From positions 1-64,000 of the IMG/VR virus record IMGVR_UViG_3300032224_001591: DNA of 64,000 bases, one strand, 5' to 3'. Source of the stretch: a virus. Positions within the stretch are counted from its first letter, which is position 1. Each line of letters opens with the position of its first letter. The notes under the pieces were generated by a model that had not been told where the DNA came from, made no database searches, and saw only the letters and a list, made by a program, of their open reading frames with translations. Positions 62,301 to 64,000 of the stretch are shown here, in pieces. The translations under genes were made by a program, and so were the position numbers.

Positions 62301-64000
62301 AACTTCAGGTTCTGCTGGTACAACAGGTTCTTCGGGTGATGCTGGAAATAGTGGAATTAGCGGCACAAATGGTACATCAGGTTCATCAGGAACTTCAGGT
62401 TCAACTGGAGCTAGTGGTAATGCGGGTGCTTCAGGAGCTAGTGCATCTTCAGGATCAACCGGTTCAAATGGTAGCTCAGGAGCTGCTGGTTCAAGTGGTT
62501 TATCCTCTTTATCCGGTACTTCAGGTTCAACTGGTACTAATGGTTCTTCAGGTATTGCTGGTTTAAGTGGTGCAAGTGAAACTAGTGGTACTGCTGGTAC
62601 TTCAGGTTCAACGGGTTCAAATGGTATAGCTGGACAAAGTGGTTTAAGCGCTACTTCAGGAACATCCGGTTCAACAGGTACAAATGGTTCTACAGGTAAT
62701 GCTGGAACTTCAGGAAATAGCAATACAGCAGGTAGTTCAGGAACTTCAGGTTCTTCAGGTTCTACAGGTTCAGCAGGTGTTGCTGGACAAAGCGGTTTAA
62801 GTGCAACTTCAGGATCTTCAGGTTCAACAGGTACAAGTGGTTCTACAGGTAATGCTGGTAGTGGTGGATTTAGCAATACATCAGGTTCATCAGGTTCATC
62901 AGGTACAAGTGGTGAAACCGGTACAAGTGGTACTTCAACATATGCAGCTTCTGGAACTTCAGGTTCTGGAGGTTCATCAGGTACAAGTGGTGAATTAGGT
63001 TCAAATGGAACTTCAAATATATCAAGTACTTCAGGATCTTCAGGATCAAGCGGTACAACAGGTTCAGCAGGTGCAAATGGTCAAAGTGGTGCGAGTGCAT
63101 CTTCAGGCTCTTCAGGTTCAACTGGTTCAAATGGTAGTTCAGGAAACGCAGGTACATCAGGAAATAGCTTTACAAGTGGAACTTCAGGTTCTACAGGATC
63201 TAATGGTTCGGCAGGTATAGCAGGTTTAAGTGCTAATTCTTCAACAAGTGGAACTTCAGGTTCTAGTGGTACAAGCGGTTCAGCCGGAAATGCGGGTCAA
63301 AGTAATTCATCTTCAACTTCAGGTTCTTCTGGTTCTTCTGGTTCTTCAGGATCTGCAGGTTTAGCAGGTGCAAGTGCTGCTTCCGCAACTAGCGGAACTT
63401 CAGGTTCTAGTGGTTCTACAGGTTCAAATGGAGCTAGTGGTCAAAGTGGTTTATCAGGTACTTCAGGTTCATCAGGTTCAACTGGATCAAATGGTTCAAC
63501 TGGTGTGGCTGGTACTAGTGGTAATAGTGAAACTTCAGGAACTTCAGGTTCATCAGGTTCTACCGGTTCAGCAGGTGCGGCAGGTATAAGTGGTTTAAGC
63601 TCAACAGCCGGAACATCAGGTTCATCAGGTTCAAATGGTTCTACTGGTGTCTCAGGCACTAGTGGAAATAGTAATACAGCAGGTACTTCTGGCTCTGCTG
63701 GTACAAATGGTTCTACAGGAGATGCAGGATTAAGTGGCGCTTCCGCTACTAGTGGTACATCAGGTACAACGGGGTCTACTGGTTCAAACGGAGTAGCAGG
63801 TCAAAGTGGTTTATCATTTACTGCAGGTTCATCAGGCTCAGGAGGTTCAAACGGATCTTCAGGTGTTGCTGGTACCTCAGGTACATCTTCAGCAACTAAT
63901 TCAGGAACTTCAGGTTCAAGTGGTTCAAATGGCTCTTCAGGAAACACAGGTTCAAATGGTTTAAGTGCATTAAGCGGAACTTCAGGATCAACAGGTTCAA
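59341..64000 (+). CDS. Giant Gly/Ser/Thr-repeat virion fibre protein, 3'-truncated (>1550 aa; not in ORF track)
   Basis: ATG59341 MAFDKNIKSSRLLQSKRYT...FDYKQGVLEF...GFPFTGSAQITGSLGVTGS, then repeats; no in-frame stop seen before the window end. Confidence 0.85.
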   Translation, partial: MAFDKNIKSSRLLQSKRYTEATFDSQEAYTSVLDINATEIYTQQNLIPSSSIPYSGSSQNNLYITISGSNILQYLYRLPLTPGPASGSVYPVWFAISSSNTASVSNQVIQANQLTSFISNKYAVPTLGPYDAESASPNTAYNVVLTTGATSGSATVVSVNDYTFDYKQGVLEFIQNEPSTSSKLYLTAYRYVGQTLDQSLTSGSGGSGFPFTGSAQITGSLGVTGSVNFKTLPAQDIVTIVTYNTASGQLGYVNVTSGTSGFAGSSGTAGISGTSGTTGSSGSSGSNGASGSSGVAGTSGTTGSSGSSGVAGQSGLSATSGTAGSTGSNGSSGAAGSSGLSALSGTSGSTGSNGSSGAAGQSGLSATSGSSGSTGSNGSSGVAGSSGLSALSGTSGSTGSNGSSGAAGASGLSATSGTSGSTGSTGSNGAAGQSGLSATSGSSGSTGSNGSTGVAGTSGNSNTAGTSGSTGSTGSSGNAGQSGLSATSGTSGSTGSNGSAGVAGLSSTSGSSGSSGSSGSSGVAGQSGLSATSGSSGSTGSSGSSGAAGSSGLSVLSGTSGSTGSNGSSGADGQSGLSATSGTAGSSGSTGSNGAAGQSGLSATSGSSGSSGSSGSSGVAGSSGASALSGTSGSTGSNGSSGTDGASGLSATSGTSGSTGSNGSAGVAGQSATSGSSGSSGSSGSSGVAGQSGLSATSGSSGSTGSSGSSGVAGSSGLSATSGTSGSTGSNGSSGLAGNSGASATSGTSGSTGSTGSNGAAGQSGLSATSGTSGSSGSNGSTGVAGTSGNSQTSGSSGSSGSNGSSGNAGASGLSNTSGSSGSSGSNGSSGVAGSSGLSALSGTSGSTGTNGSSGDAGSNGLSALSGTSGSTGSNGSSGAAGSNGLSTLSGTSGSTGSNGSSGAAGQSGLSATSGTAGSAGSTGSNGAAGQSGLSSTSGSSGTSGSNGSTGNAGTSGNSNTAGTSGSTGSTGSSGIAGQSGLSATSGTSGSAGTTGSSGDAGNSGISGTNGTSGSSGTSGSTGASGNAGASGASASSGSTGSNGSSGAAGSSGLSSLSGTSGSTGTNGSSGIAGLSGASETSGTAGTSGSTGSNGIAGQSGLSATSGTSGSTGTNGSTGNAGTSGNSNTAGSSGTSGSSGSTGSAGVAGQSGLSATSGSSGSTGTSGSTGNAGSGGFSNTSGSSGSSGTSGETGTSGTSTYAASGTSGSGGSSGTSGELGSNGTSNISSTSGSSGSSGTTGSAGANGQSGASASSGSSGSTGSNGSSGNAGTSGNSFTSGTSGSTGSNGSAGIAGLSANSSTSGTSGSSGTSGSAGNAGQSNSSSTSGSSGSSGSSGSAGLAGASAASATSGTSGSSGSTGSNGASGQSGLSGTSGSSGSTGSNGSTGVAGTSGNSETSGTSGSSGSTGSAGAAGISGLSSTAGTSGSSGSNGSTGVSGTSGNSNTAGTSGSAGTNGSTGDAGLSGASATSGTSGTTGSTGSNGVAGQSGLSFTAGSSGSGGSNGSSGVAGTSGTSSATNSGTSGSSGSNGSSGNTGSNGLSALSGTSGSTGS
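60106..64000 (+). repeat. 24-aa (72-nt) periodic Gly-X-Y coding repeat
   Basis: Consensus GQS-GLS-ATS-GTS-GST-GSN-GSS-GAA, with occasional 21-aa units. Confidence 0.9.

Noticed and set aside
61118-63659. PEVPEEP-rich minus-strand ORFs and QVLQV-rich alternative-frame ORFs
   Set aside because: Frame and antisense shadows of the Gly-Ser-Thr repeat in the long + strand ORF starting at 59341
60106-64000. CRISPR array or DGR-like repeat
   Set aside because: Repeats are degenerate, codon-phased and lack unique spacers; no cas or reverse-transcriptase gene in the window
1-64000. Stop-codon reassignment (code 15 or 4)
   Set aside because: Core genes are full-length in code 11, gene packing is tight, TAG serves as a genuine stop, and no suppressor tRNA was found

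Overview
A 64-kb, AT-rich segment of a large T4-like (gp23/gp20/gp17 lineage) contractile-tailed phage. Essentially all credible genes are on the + strand and read in standard code 11. A Bacteroidota host is inferred from the A-rich, mostly Shine-Dalgarno-less starts, TTGG...TAnnTTTA promoters, an Hc1-type protein and D-S/T-x motifs in envelope proteins. Gene order: small early/accessory genes; tRNA-Gln, an aberrant tRNA-like RNA and tmRNA; HD hydrolase and a gp55-like sigma factor; baseplate/tail block; endonuclease II-like gene, primase and exonuclease; a ~15-kb block of acidic/enzymatic proteins carrying shared leader peptides; HEG, FAD oxidoreductase and kinase; terminase, portal, prohead protease, scaffold, major capsid, PhoH and neck/tail-terminator genes; then Gly-Ser-Thr repeat fibre genes, the last running off the window. 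The most notable signals are: (1) an apparent head-cargo system, with capsid-targeting leaders (two copy the scaffold C-terminus), protease-type linkers and direct-repeat-flanked domain cassettes; (2) a pervasive [ST]-[GA]-S motif concentrated in predicted virion-surface proteins, suggesting a modification sequon; (3) a protein carrying a copy of the predicted mature capsid N-terminus; (4) a tRNA-like RNA with a hairpin in the D-loop and a non-7-nt anticodon loop; (5) a half-ACP mimic lacking the pantetheine serine; (6) a ~1300-aa 24-residue-periodic Gly-X-Y repeat. Family assignments come from motif recognition only; no searches were run.
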